Assembly (NCBI GenBank): GCA_020536535.1
Contig: JAHLWZ010000615.1
Span: 18,027 to 82,026, forward strand
From: Pelomyxa schiedti
Lineage: Eukaryota; Protista; Evosea
Reading direction: 5' to 3'
DNA length: 64,000 nt
A program made the position numbers and the translations under genes. A model generated the notes under the pieces. That model did no database searches. It saw only the letters and a list, made by a program, of their open reading frames with translations, and was not told where the DNA came from. Positions 49,736 through 62,668 of this stretch are shown here, in pieces. Each line of letters opens with the position of its first letter. The stretch's first letter is position 1.

Positions 49736-51725
49736 ATGCACCGTAGCCGAGATGAAGTTCAACACGTTGTATGGGCGTCGCATGCGATGTGGACTGTAGT
49801 TCTGCCGAGCACATTCCTTGGGAGTGATGTCAGTTCAATATTTGTCATCGCTGAGGCTTTTTTCCCGGTGTGCGAGTGCACATCACGGATATTTTTACCC
49901 ACTGAGTTGTGACGAGATGTGTGACCTTTAAAAAAAAAAAAGTTAGTTGCATTGGTGTCAGATAAGGCGATTAATTTGACGGGGAGTCATGCCAAAGCCC
50001 TTGTGGCTTGTGCTGGTTCTGGGGCACCTCGTTGCCTTCATTGGCTGCTGGTGCACAATCCTCAAAAGAAGTACATCGCCATTTTTAATGTAAAGATAGA
50101 TACTCTTCTACATTTAGATAGCTGAACTCATTCACTCTTATCTTTCTAGACCGGGCACTGCTTACAGTTATGACTCAGTCTCGGTGGGTTTTCATGCTCT
50201 GGGTGCCGCTTGCAGGAGAGGATACAAAGATGTATGCGAGATGCTAGTCACTGAGTTTTCGCTATCCATGACTTCAGAAATGGCAGGAAATGTGGGTAGA
50301 CAGGCTGAACTTGAGTGGGCTGTGGACGCAGCCTGCGGATGTGGAGATGTTGCATTTTTACAGTGGTTAATATCTAGAATCCACATGGAAGTTCACATCC
50401 GCGGGGCAGTTTTAGCAAAGGCACTGTGCACTGCATGTTTGCATGGACAACTTGCCAATGCGAAATGGCTTGTTGCCCAGTTTCCTGTTACAAGTAACGA
50501 TCTACAACAAGCACTTCTCTCACGTATGGACATGTTTACCTGTACGTGTTTCAGTGGAAACGTGCAGCTGGCACGTTGGCTAATTGAAACTTTCAGTCCT
50601 GAACTTTTCCAAAAGAAGCTGAGCACAGATGCATTTTTTGCGCTCTGTGTTAACGGACAGCTGGAATTTGCCAAGTGGGTGGTTGAAGTCTTCAATATCA
50701 CTCACAATTCCTTCCAGAATTTTTTTCCTCAATTTGAAGAAGCTATGGACGTGGCTTGTAGTCATGGGCACTTGGAGTTTGCACAGTGGTTGGACCAGTT
50801 TTACTTGCCCATTGAACCAGACAAAGTACGCAGCCCGAGTGGAGCCCTTTGTAATGCCTGCCGAGGTGGCTACCTTGAAACATCCAAATGGCTAGTTCAG
50901 AGATATAACTTCACGCTCTCCGATATGACAGGTGAGGCACTACGTCGTGCATGTGCAAATGGTCACCTGGAAGTAGTAAAATGGATGAGAGACGAGTTTG
51001 AACTATCACATAAGGATATACCGCAACAACATGAGCTCTTTCTGAGGACTTGTGAGAAGAGTTCCAATATACCGATACTAGAATATCTAAGAGACTGTAT
51101 TGGCCTTGACCCTAGTGCTGTTCGAGAATGCAACAATGAAATAATCCGTTCCGCGTGTATCAGTGGCAGACTGGATGTTGCACAGTGCCTGGTTACAAAA
51201 TATGGGCTCTGCGCTGATGACATCAGGTCAAATGGCAACGAAGTTCTGCGCAATGCCTGTGAGAAAGGTGACATTAGACTTGCCAAGTGGGTGACCAGAA
51301 CCTTTGGACTTTGCATTTCAGATGCAAGGGCCTGCAACAACGACCCACTGCGAAAAGCTTGTGCAAATGGGCACCTTGATGTTGCAGTTTGGCTCAAGGA
51401 AACATTCTGCCTGACACCTGCCGATGCGAGGGAATTCTCAAATGATGCACTCCGCACTGTTTGTAAGGCTGGACGCTTGGATGTGGCCAAATGGCTGGCT
51501 CACACATTTGGACTCACTGCAGCTGATGCACGGGCTGTGAGGTGTGAAGCTCTGTGCAATGCGTGCATGGCTGGGCATTTGGATGTGGCTCAGTGGCTGG
51601 TTCATGCGTTTGGGCTTGTGAAGGAGGATATTGTTGATAGTGATGCTATCATATTCACACAACAAACGCACAGAGCCAACACACAGGACATACTCCAGTG
51701 GCTTGAGAGCCTCACACTCCCTTAA
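49736..51725 (+). CDS. Ankyrin-repeat protein
   Basis: More than 10 repeats of the type (AL)RxACxNGHLDVAxWL..xFGL, in a long terminal exon with short upstream exons. Confidence 0.88.
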
Positions 51726-52158
51726 TACTGTAAAATCTTTTCTTTATGCACTGTTACCTTGGTGAAAAAGAACTTTTGTGCCTCAGTCGCCCTGAAGGAA
51801 TGTCAGGCCAAGACGATTGAGCCGTGCCAAGTCCGGAGAACTGTTGGAACATTAGTTTCAGTTGGTGTCACCATGGTAGCCTAGGTTCCTCGGCCAAACC
51901 ACAACGCCAAACGACACCGTTATTCCGATGAGTATTACGAACAAACGCCACTCCATCACCCTCCACAGAATAACAAGTTTTCTTTCTAGAAACATTGAGA
52001 AGCCAGTCACACCAACACAATTCTGTGCGGTTACGCACTACGTGCGTGGAACAAAGCCACAGGGGTTGAAAAAAAAAAAAAACGACAGTCAACTTTTCTG
52101 GACTGGAATGGCGGGGTTTCGAACCGGGGTCATCCAGGTCAACCAGGTCGGAGCACGG

Positions 52159-52353
52159 CCTGTCTTGCCCTTGAGCAAGATGTCCACAGAGAGTTACCAC
52201 TTCTAGGAACACGGTAAGTCTGGGTCATCTACCCAAGAACACGGAACTGTAAGACTACCGGTCAACAGGACACCCCTTGTAGTCGTACTAAACTACAAGT
52301 CGTGAGTCTTGGATGAGACCATCGAAAGACATCTTGCTCAAGGGCAAGACAGG
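52159..52353. repeat. Perfect 26-bp inverted repeat (52159-52184 / 52328-52353) with a 143-bp spacer
   Basis: CCTGTCTTGCCCTTGAGCAAGATGTC and its exact reverse complement GACATCTTGCTCAAGGGCAAGACAGG. Confidence 0.95.
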
Positions 52354-52402
52354 TCCCCATCACTAGTGAAGTGTTTCATCACAACTCATCAAGAAAGAAC
52401 TG

Positions 52403-53820
52403 ATGAAATCGTTCTTACAACAACTGAATCCAATAACCGCCACGTCGTCACCCCCGACGTCAGCCACACGCCAACAGCCACAACCAACACAGCAGCAACA
52501 AAACCGCGTCCCACAATCGCCCCATCCCTCACCACAACAACAACCCCAGTCGGCGGCGCGTCAACCCGGCGCTGTTAATGCGTCTGTTGCGAGTGGTTCC
52601 GAGGGGGAATTGTGGGCGCAAATCCGTGGGCTGAAGCAGCAATTGGTGGCGAAGCAAGAGGCCCTTCAGTTGGCAAATGTCAAAATGTCTGTGCTCCAAG
52701 TTGGTGCCACACAAAACCCAAATACTATGTTTTTTTTTTCTTTAAAATTACTTTTCCTCTGTGTTACTTTTGTGCATTCTTAAGCCAATTAACTAGGGTA
52801 CTGTGGAGACAGTGACTCGTGACTTGAATACTCTGCAATTCAACACTACACAAGAATCAGTGGTATGCCTTTCTTCGTAGTATTGATGTTTAAACTCCCT
52901 TGTTTGATTAAGCTTCTGCTGTTTGCTGTCCTTCCTTATTTTAGTATTAGGAGATCGTGAATTTGCCAACCTACCACTCAACACATAAATCAGACTTTAA
53001 AGGATACTGTGCAGCAGCTTTCTGTGCAGCTGGCAGATAAAGATGCGGAAAACACTGAACTGAAAAAGAAAGTGTATGTTACAGAAATGTAAAACCACTC
53101 TGAGAAGCCAAAAAGATTTGACTTGGCAAGTAAATTGGAAATCTCTCGCCAAGGCAGCCCCACTTCACTGGATATTTGCAATGCTCCAGAATACGTAGAG
53201 GTTGCCAAAAGTATCAAATCGTTGTCTCACATGTTTGGGGTAGTTACTTAGAAAATGCGAATCTCTGGAGAAGTCTCTCTCTGAAGCTAGGCAAGAACAA
53301 CTTCTTCAGCAACAGGGACAAGCACCATCTGATTTAGATAGCCGGTTATCTCTCCTCAAACGGGAGAATGAAAACTTAGAAAGCCGTACCCTGTCCCATT
53401 TCATTATTTTCACCAATCGGACTTATCAGACACTAAGGAATGCAAATTTTAAGCCGCGAGGTTGCCACAGCCCGAGAAATTCGGCAGAATATAAGTTCAC
53501 TTAAGCATAGTCTGGATTTGGCAACAACAGAATTGGAAACCTTGCGGAATGAGAATACCGAACTTAAGCTCAAGACAGCGACACTGTCATCAGACGTAGA
53601 CACACTTGTTAGAGAAAAATTCGATGTAGAATTCCATTCCAGCACCAAAATACTCACAAAAAATAAATCCCACAAACAAAAGCTCACCACAGCCAAAGTT
53701 GATATGATTGCTGCAATTGAAGCAATGAGTGTTCAACTAAAAGAGGTGACTGATGAAAGAGACCAACTCAAAGAGCAGCATGACTCTCTGTCCTCAGTGA
53801 TCAAAAAGTTAATGCCCTGA
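52403..53820 (+). CDS. Coiled-coil protein, multi-exon
   Basis: Heptad-rich exons (LWAQIRGLKQQLVAKQEALQ, LETLRNENTELKLK, LKEVTDERDQLKEQHDSL). Confidence 0.7.
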
Positions 53821-53935
53821 CAACCCCTAATAGATCTTCTTTTATTTGTTCTTTTTTTTTTTTCCCCTCTTCCGATACGAGATCCACGGAACCGTAATTT
53901 GCCTTGCTGTACGGCGAGTGTTGCGGCTGCGTAAA

Positions 53936-56900
53936 ATGAGTGCGACACGTAAGGCTAATAAACAAGTCAGCAAGGGAACCACCGCGGAAACGACGGCGCC
54001 CGAAAAGATCTCTCCGCGAAAAAGAGCGCCGCCAAAGCCCGCTGCCTCACAAAGCGGAAGCGCGTCGGCCACGCAAGCTTCGAACAAAAGCGATGACGTC
54101 AATGCAACTCCGGTGCCTCCAGTGACCAAAAAACAATCCACCATGTCGAAATTCTTTTGCTCTGCGTCACAGCAGTCTCCCAGTGGGTCACAATGCACAA
54201 CATCCTCATCGACTTCTTCGCAGCCAACGAATTCCACTGCAGCTGCTAAGAATGTCTCTCGGTCTCCTCCTGCCAGTGGGGAAGATGCAGCTTCTTGCTC
54301 AGTATCATCAAAGACACCACCTTCAGGCTGTCAAACGACTTCCACTACGTCGAGCACATCATGCACATCATGTAGTCGTGTGAGTAACTCTGGCACAGAT
54401 AGCAATAATGCAAACACACCTTCACAATATCTGTCGGAGGAGAGAACAGTTGGGACTTCAAATAAACCAAATGCGCCGAGTTCCGATCCTCTTTCCACTG
54501 GTTCGGTCACCTCTTCAGGTTCAGCTGGTTCTGCTCCTTTCTCAAAAACAGTGAGATCTCTACCAGCACACAAGTGCCCTCATGGTAATATAATCTCCAG
54601 CCATAAATATCAAGTTGCATCGGGCCTCATTTTGTGTCAGTTGTTGTAAAATATGGATCGGAACCTGCTCTGATTCTTCCCAAGACTGAGTGTGCTCCTG
54701 GCGCACTAGAACTTCTTCGTTCCAAATTGAAAGCATTTTTTAAATTTGACAATGATGCTCAAGTTCCTATGTTTATATTTTACTCAGTCTTACACCATTT
54801 AGGACTTTGTGCTTCTTGATTTACAAAAAAACCCAGTTGCTCTAGAGTCGCTTGCTGATTTGCCAAATGGATCTGTGGTCCTAGCCTTCAAGTCGGAGGA
54901 CTTCTTAGGCCAAAGTATAAGATTGTTTTTCTCACTATCTTTTTAAAAAAAAAACAGAGGAACATTTGACATTGCATGAAATTGAAGTTGACACAACTCC
55001 AAGTACCAACATCCTTATAAAAGGCGGAGCTACAGGTCAGTAAGTTGATGAATGTTATCAATCTCATCAAGTTAGATTATAGTATAGCTGGTGCTATTGC
55101 AGAACTTGTAGATAATGCCATCCAAGCAGTAACGAAGTCGGAAGACCCAAAAACAATTAACATTGTTATCGCCTATGGACATGCCTCTGACCCTGTTGCC
55201 AGTCCCAAAATACAGGTGATTTGAGTGAAACTTCTTCAATTGCAAATTCCACACTAACACCGTTTCAAGGCAATACGGGTGCATGACACAGGAAATGGTA
55301 TGACTTACCAGGAATTGCACAACTTTCTTACGTGTGTAGCTAAAATGTCAGTTTATATATTGACATTGTGAACAGCCTTGGAGAAACTCAAGCCGACAAA
55401 CCAGGGTCTGCTTCTGATGACCACTTTGGGCAAATATCAAGGTTTGAATCAATCCAGCCTCCCTTTTTCCTGACCTTGATTTGCAGATATGGGGAGGGTG
55501 CAAAAAAAGCGGCATTTTTTCTTGGAAAGACTCTTTGTGTCAAAACAAAGCGTATGTAATTCCTGTTTCTCTGTACTTTTAATTGGCAGCAGAGAAAGAC
55601 TTGGGTGTGCTGTTTGAAACTCGTTTATCAGTCAGACACTTGGAGACCTCTGCAAGGCAAGACTGGAGAGCACTTATCTCCATCAAAGAAACTGAACACC
55701 CTGATCCACTGGGCCCGCACTACACATTGATTACAGTACGAGCCCTCGTTGGCAGCAGTTTTTGTGATTATAAGGCAGGTGAAACATGTTTCGATATCTT
55801 TGAAACGAGAAGAACTCAGTAATGTGGCATCCACCTTGGTCCAGATCTATTTTTTTTACCTTCATCCAGAGCATTTGTATTCATTTGTTCTTCACTTCAA
55901 ATAAATAAACAAATAAACCACAGGCCTTGTCAAACGAATCACTCTGCTTGTGACATACTTTTCAACAAAATCTGGTAGAAAATGTATCTTTTTACTCATT
56001 TTCCTTACTCTCGGTAGTCTAAGGGACACATCATCTGATCTAATCAGTCATCTCTTCACCCAAGCAGCTGAAAAGGAACCAAAACGATTTCAACTTCCGT
56101 TTCCACCCGGGCCCCCAGTTGAAATGTACTTGTTCTATTTCCCATATAAAGATGGGAGTGAAACGTCGTACTTGATGGGATCCACCTCAGAGCCTGGTGA
56201 CAAAAGGAAAAAGATCCAGCAAGACTCGGGGTTAATGGTATATTTCAACTACCGCGGTATTCCAGAGGCCACAATTCCCAGGTATTGGGTTTTTTCCTCT
56301 TGAGAACTTACAAGAGGTTTTAGACTGGGGTTCATGTCACCAGGCCGATACAAAAAAGTGAAAATTGAAGAAGTCTGGCTAAATCGAGTAAGAGGAATAA
56401 TTTTCCTGGACAGCAGGTTTCCTGTGACTCACAACAGTACTAATTACTTCCAATCTTCTTGCTTACCCATTAAACATCTAGAAATGCACATTTGTGTCAA
56501 TTCTGATCCCTTTCCAGAGTTCATTCAACTTAATCCAAGGGCAGTGGAAAAGGATTTCAGAGAGTGGCTAATATCCAGCCATGTAAGGTTGTTGTACTTC
56601 ACAGATTATTCCCGTTTCTAAAAAAAAAAAAATAGATATGATCAAGAGGTTGGTTCTATTTTCCAAGATTCGAAGTAACAAATATATGGGAAAAAAAATA
56701 TAGATAATCCCTATTGAGCCACTATATCACCCACAGCAGAACCGTACCACATGCAAAGGGTTTTCCAAAAATCAAGTCCAATACAATATTGGCACCCCTG
56801 TTGTGACTATTGCCAAAAACAGCAAAGTGCCACCCACAACAGGAAAAATCACTGAAATATTTTTCCTTGGCTCTCCTGATCACTCACAGAGTGAAATTCA

Positions 56901-59900
56901 AGTTAAGCTGGCAGTGTTAACTTGGAGGGATGAAGGGGAACAGGTTCGTTTTCTCTAAGTGACTTGCAAATACTAACGAAATGAACAAGGTTTTTGAAGC
57001 AAAGAAAATATCTCAAGCAATTGAGGATGCCAAGTATCAGCAATACCTTGAAAATCAGAAGAGGAGACTTCCAAGCCAAATAAAGGTACTCCTTCTTCTC
57101 TAAAAATGATATCCCTGACAAAGAGTTGTTAGCTTTACATGGGGGGTACCATGGATCTTCCCGACGAAGTTATTGAAGCCTCTCCAACAGCCTGCTTCTC
57201 CAGTATTGCTGTAGGTTTATGTAACGGCTTGCATAAAAACGGTAAGAGGTACTCATTGCCTTACACTTCTAAGAATGCACAGTGGAGCCTCCGATCATGG
57301 CGGCACATGAAGTGTCTGTGTGTGTCAAAACGTTCCCCTCCTTCTTCACTTACGAGCTATAGATTCATTATACTGTCTTTTTCAAAGATAAAGAAGTTGA
57401 GTCAAATGAGGCCCAGCATGAATCCTACTCTGCAGGAAGAATAACTTTCAAGAAAGTTGGTCTTTCAGCTCCACTTGTGAAAGCAGGCGATTATAGGATA
57501 GAATTTAGCTGTTCTTATAGCAATGTTCCTCCAGTTATTCACAAGTTTCGGGTCATCCCAGGTACATATAATAAATATATTATCCAATTTGAATATATAT
57601 GTGTGCATGCAGGTCCACTTGCACGTACTGTGCTATCTTTTTGCCACGATGGTGTACCTTCTGAGTTTTCTCTCCAGACTCCACTTCCTCCTTTGGAAAT
57701 CAGCTTGTGTGACGACTTTGACAATTCCATCACTGTTGAAGAGTCACATCTGGCAACTCTTACTATCAAGGTATTCGTTCCTTCATTTTTAGATTGTCTC
57801 TTTATATAATATCCACTGCCAGTGTGTTGGCACTTCTGAAAAAGAGGAAATTCCTGTTACTGTGCAAAGCTCTGAACTGCAGGTTTATATATTTTCCTGA
57901 AGAAAAAGGGTTTTACAAGACCAAGGATGATGGTTCAGCACATCTTGTCGTGGAACTTGGGCGCAGTAAATTAGCCAGTAATGAACACCAGTTAGAATTG
58001 TATCTTGGAGAAACAACTCCTGCAGTGATTCCCATTCACGTCGTTCCTGGTGAGGTGATAACTACTTTGTGAACCTAGCTCACCTGAACTCAGGCCCAAT
58101 TCACTCTTTGCAGTTCCAAGAGAGCAATATTTTTGAAAAACCATTTCCTGAAGAGAGTGTAATTCCAGGGTTGGTGCACTGTGAACTCGAATGGGTCAAT
58201 TAATTAGAAAAAGATTTTCAATTCGATTTGCTGATGAAGATGGGAACACCTTCAAACCTGCACCGACCCGAGTCAGCTCTAAACATAAAAAACACCATGT
58301 AGCTTCCATCCCCCATTCCGCCTCACTCTCATTTCTTGTAGACAAAGGGCAAGTCAAAAAGCAAATCCAGAAGTGAGGGTATAAGATTTACTCATTGTTC
58401 ACCGTTTTGACTGAAGGGAAGGTACAAGTGAAGATGAAAACAGGTCACAGGGGGACGAGACCGGGGATATGACTGTTACTGCTTCATCTCAGTTGATTGA
58501 AGGACAATCAGTGAGGTTGGTTGTTGGTTGTCAGTTGTTCCTCTTTTTGCTCATGCCACACCAAGTGTTTTGTTGAGTTCATCTGGAGTTTGCATGTTTG
58601 GGGACAAAAACTCTGGACTGCTCAGGACTAAGCATGTGGAACGGTCAATGTCTGCAGACCTTACTTTTTCTCTATCCAAAAATAAAGATGAAATGTTTTC
58701 TGCCACATTCACTCTGAAAGTGCACAGCCTCTGTGGCGCCTCTGGTATAGCACTATTAAATGAGGATGGCAACGAAATAGCCCATGGAAAAGGGTAAAAG
58801 CTTTTTCTTCTTCATCTCAACTTTCTCACATTTACATTTGCTTAGAGGCGATGTGCCGGTGCTCGTTCGTGTGTCTGCAATAAAGTGTGAACACCACTGG
58901 CGTGCTTCTGTTGATGCAGACGTGCCAAAGAGCTCGCAAAAAAAGGTTTTGCTGGGTGGAACTATTGAGACCAGCTGGAGTCATGATATTGTCAATTACG
59001 CCTATCCATCCCTTTCGGATTTGCCTCTGTTTGTTTCAGAAAAAGTAGGGAGGGGAGTCTTTATGTTGCATTTAACTAATTGGGTTTTCTAGGTCTGCAA
59101 GAGATACATGCACAAAGTTATCTTCGAAAATGAAAAAAACAAGAAACGCTTTCCTTTGTTGTTGGAAGTTGAAGTTCTGCCCGGACCACCAGTTTCTTTT
59201 CATCTCAAGCCTGAATGTCAAGAAGTACAGATAGCTCCCATTTTTCTTTTTTTTATTATGCATCTTCATAATATGTGCACTCATAGTTTCACTGTGGCTC
59301 AGAGTTTAAGTTGTCCATATTCCTTCATGATGAGGCCAGCAACGTTGTTGTAGCTCATGATTCTCTGGATTGCAACCTCGAGGAGATAACTCCAAACATT
59401 GAGGTGCAATCAAGTTTCTCTTCCTCTAATACCCACAAAACTATTCAGGTCCTCTCCTCCTCCCCAGATAGAGTAATAAAACTCTCCGGACTCAGCATTG
59501 AGCCGTTTGAGGGTGATCACTTCTGTGCAAAGCTGTCTATCATTGGTCTTGATGATGTTTGTATTATCGTGAGGGATCCGAAAGGTTCTAACTCCTCTCC
59601 CTTCAGCCTGATTTACATTGTTTCAGGGTCTCTGCACGAGGCTAGAAAAGAAATAAAACTTCTACCAGGTTAATTTACACATACGATTCTCTTTCTTCCT
59701 AACATCAGGCATTCCACTCGGCACAATCAGGCTCGTTTCGCTGCTTGAAAGTGAATGGAAGTAAACATCTCTCACTCAAAAAGAGTACAAGTGACTACAT
59801 TGATTCCCTGGAAATCACTTCTTGTGATGCTTTTGACAATATTGTTCCGGTTATCGATCATTTGGAAACATCTCGTTCCACTGATGTCTAAGTACAGCTT

Positions 59901-62627
59901 CAGGGTACTGTGATCGATTCTACTTGGGCAGATCCCGAGACTCCACCCTTCAAGTTTCCACATGGGTGGGTACCACTCTCTTTCGAATCTCACCAAATGA
60001 CAGGAAACAAATGATTGATGGAAAACTAAAACTTACCAACTTACAAGTTAACGGAAAGCCAGGAGAATACAAGTTAACATTGACTCCTCGAAATGTCAAT
60101 GCAGAGGTTTCCCTTTCTATCAGTGAATGCTATTTTCCTTAAAACAATTTAGGAGGCAGTTATTAAACTATTTCTGGAAGCGGGGAACTTCCCTACAGAG
60201 ATTAAAATTTTAGAAGCCCCAGATCATGGAAAAGTTGGTCAAATTCTCGATGTGCTCGTTGTCCAAGTTCTTTCAACTACGGGGTATTACAAGTGATTCC
60301 TTCTGTCGCTGCCAGCTAATTTGCATTATTACCCTCAGGATGGCATTGGAAGTACCAACGAAAGAGTTAACAGCAAGGTTTTCTGCTAATAATGAGTTTC
60401 CTTGTTCAGCCTTCGAAACTGGAGTTTGCTCCTACCATTTTACTGGTGAGTTTGGCCTTCCTTCACCCATTGAATTTACCCAGAAAAAAAAAAAATGAAA
60501 AGATCTTATTTGCCCTCCCACTGCCGACACATATCCACTGGAAATCGTTTACAAAAGTCCATCAGTAACCCTCACAAAAACTATTACATTGATTGCTGAA
60601 TCTGGTAGGAGACTTGACTTTTTTCTTCTTCTTACGACATACCATAGGAACCCCACAGCACATGGTATTGGTACCACAAGCAGCCGTGAAGTCATCTGTT
60701 TCTCTCAGTGGCTCGTCTGAAGATCGCCAATTAGTTTCCGATCTCGTTGTCGAGTTACATGATAAACATGGCAATATATGCTCCCTCGTAGGTGGTGCAT
60801 TAGATGTGTCTGTCACTGGGCTACATGCTCCAAAATTCCAGGTTTATCTCACACAAATCCACTTCGAGTATTTGACAAGTTCGAACACAGGAAAATACCC
60901 AATTCCCTATTGACAGTGGACGTGCCTCAATTCCCTCCCTGACAGTTGATTCATCCAGAGCTGTTCCCAATGGGACTTACGTGATGAAACTACAAGCTAC
61001 TTGCAACGGCAATGCTTTAGTTCAGGAGATACAATTCCTTCTAAGCAACGGTACCTTTCTTTTCAGAGCATATCTTCACCAACATTTTGTTAAGATATTG
61101 CCTGCACCCCTGCCCAAAGTCAACAAGCTGAAAAGATGAAATTACGACAGCAATTGGATGCAATCAATCTGAGAATATCAGAGTATGCCAGTGGTTTTTA
61201 CCCCCCAGTTGTGAACTGAAAATATTTTCTCAGGTTGAAAGCACAAATATCACCGATTGACACAGGGGTGACCTCAACAGTGCAAAACACCCTGGCCACA
61301 ATCAAGCAAGGAGCGCCCAGGGATATGGATATTGTTGTTGAGGCAGGTGACTTGGTTATGTGGCTTTTATTTAATATTTGTAGAATGTTGACGCCTCTGG
61401 TCTCCCTGAAATTCATCATAAACTACAACAAAGACTACAGGAAGTTACTTCATCAGTAAGTTTTTTCCCCCCAATGTTGAAGTATAACACCATTTTTATA
61501 GGCTCGGAGACTTCCAATTTTACATCAGACACAGATCATAAGCGAACTTGCCAGCGACCTTGCACAAAAGTGTGTTGGACCTTGCATGAAATTATCTCTT
61601 ATTTTTAACAAAACAGAGGAGAAAATTCCGGCATTATTGGCGCTTTGAGGGAGCTCATTTTTGTTGAAAGTGAAAAGGAATCGCGGGCCATAACGAAATT
61701 TCTGGGCCCGCTTGTGGATTCCGTTATCATCTGTGACAATGACGTGGCCATGTCATACTATGAAAAGTGTGATATGAACTTTCCTAGTTGTAAGCCACCA
61801 ACCTTCATTCAACCAGGTACAAAAACTTGGAGGAGGGAGGTAATTTGATAGTGCTCCCACCAGTTGCAATGCACAGGTTTTCTTCCATAATTGTCTCCCC
61901 ACCTTTTTTTAATCATGCAGTTCAAAGTCCCTGAAACTTCCTCCTGGCTGCCCAACCACTGGGTTTATTGATTTCGCAGTAAATAGGTTGGGACGTAAAA
62001 TCTGAGGTGGTTCTTAGTATTATTAAGATGCCAACTCCGGAAGAAGCAAGAGCACTTACGGGATTCCTTGCTGATGACTTTGTTTCAAACGGCTGCCATA
62101 GTTGACACAATGACCAACGCACTCGCTATGAGATCAGTACTACAGAAGAAATTTAAGAAGGATTTGTCTGCCTACATTGTTGTAGACCAGTGTGAAGTAC
62201 TTATGAAAGGTACCCTCCATTTCAGTCTCTTTTACTTTACTTACGACGTGGTCTTTCCTTAGGAATGGTTCCTCTAGGTGCTGCAAGGCAAGAAGCACCA
62301 TCAGTCTTTGGTCAGCTTCCATTGTCTGAATTACCGCTCTTTCAGTGGCTGAGCTCCTCTATTGTACGTTTCTGCAAATCTTTACAAAAAAAACATTCAC
62401 CCCAACACCAGGAACAATTGGAAGCGCTACAAAATAAGGTCAATGAAGATGCTTCTAAATCCCACAGCCAAGAACAAATTGCCGACTTGGAGGCCGAAGC
62501 CAAACTGATTCAGAGCAAACTAGACGACGCAACAGATGCGGACATGGCAGACATCCCTCCAAAAAAACCTAACACCCCACCAAAAAAAACGAAACGCGGA
62601 GGCAAGGGGCACTCCAGAAAAACATGA
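53936..62627 (+). CDS. SMCHD1: SMCHD1-like chromatin protein (UBL, GHKL ATPase, transducer, BAH/Ig-like repeats, coiled coil, SMC hinge), dozens of short introns
   Basis: AIAELVDNA (N box), VHDTGNGM (G1), ISRYGEGAKKAAFFLG (G2), IYFFYLHP, YFPYKDGSET, YFNYRGIP, NRVRGIIFLDSRFPVTHNK and FREWLISSHVRYDQE. Repeated LxDxxxN Ig-like units follow. The hinge is GIIGALRELIFVESEKESRAITKFLGPLVDSVII…FAVNRL…LFQTAAIVDT…VFGQLP. Confidence 0.88.
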
Positions 62628-62668
62628 TGTTTGAACACATGCAAAATAAGAGAATACATTTTCACATT

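Noticed and set aside
52100-52205. Intact tRNA gene on the minus strand
   Set aside because: A B-box is present, but the T-stem, D-arm and anticodon arm do not pair properly.
9785-62627. AlkD, STK19 and SMCHD1 as a genome-maintenance gene cluster
   Set aside because: They are separated by many unrelated genes, with no evidence of functional clustering.
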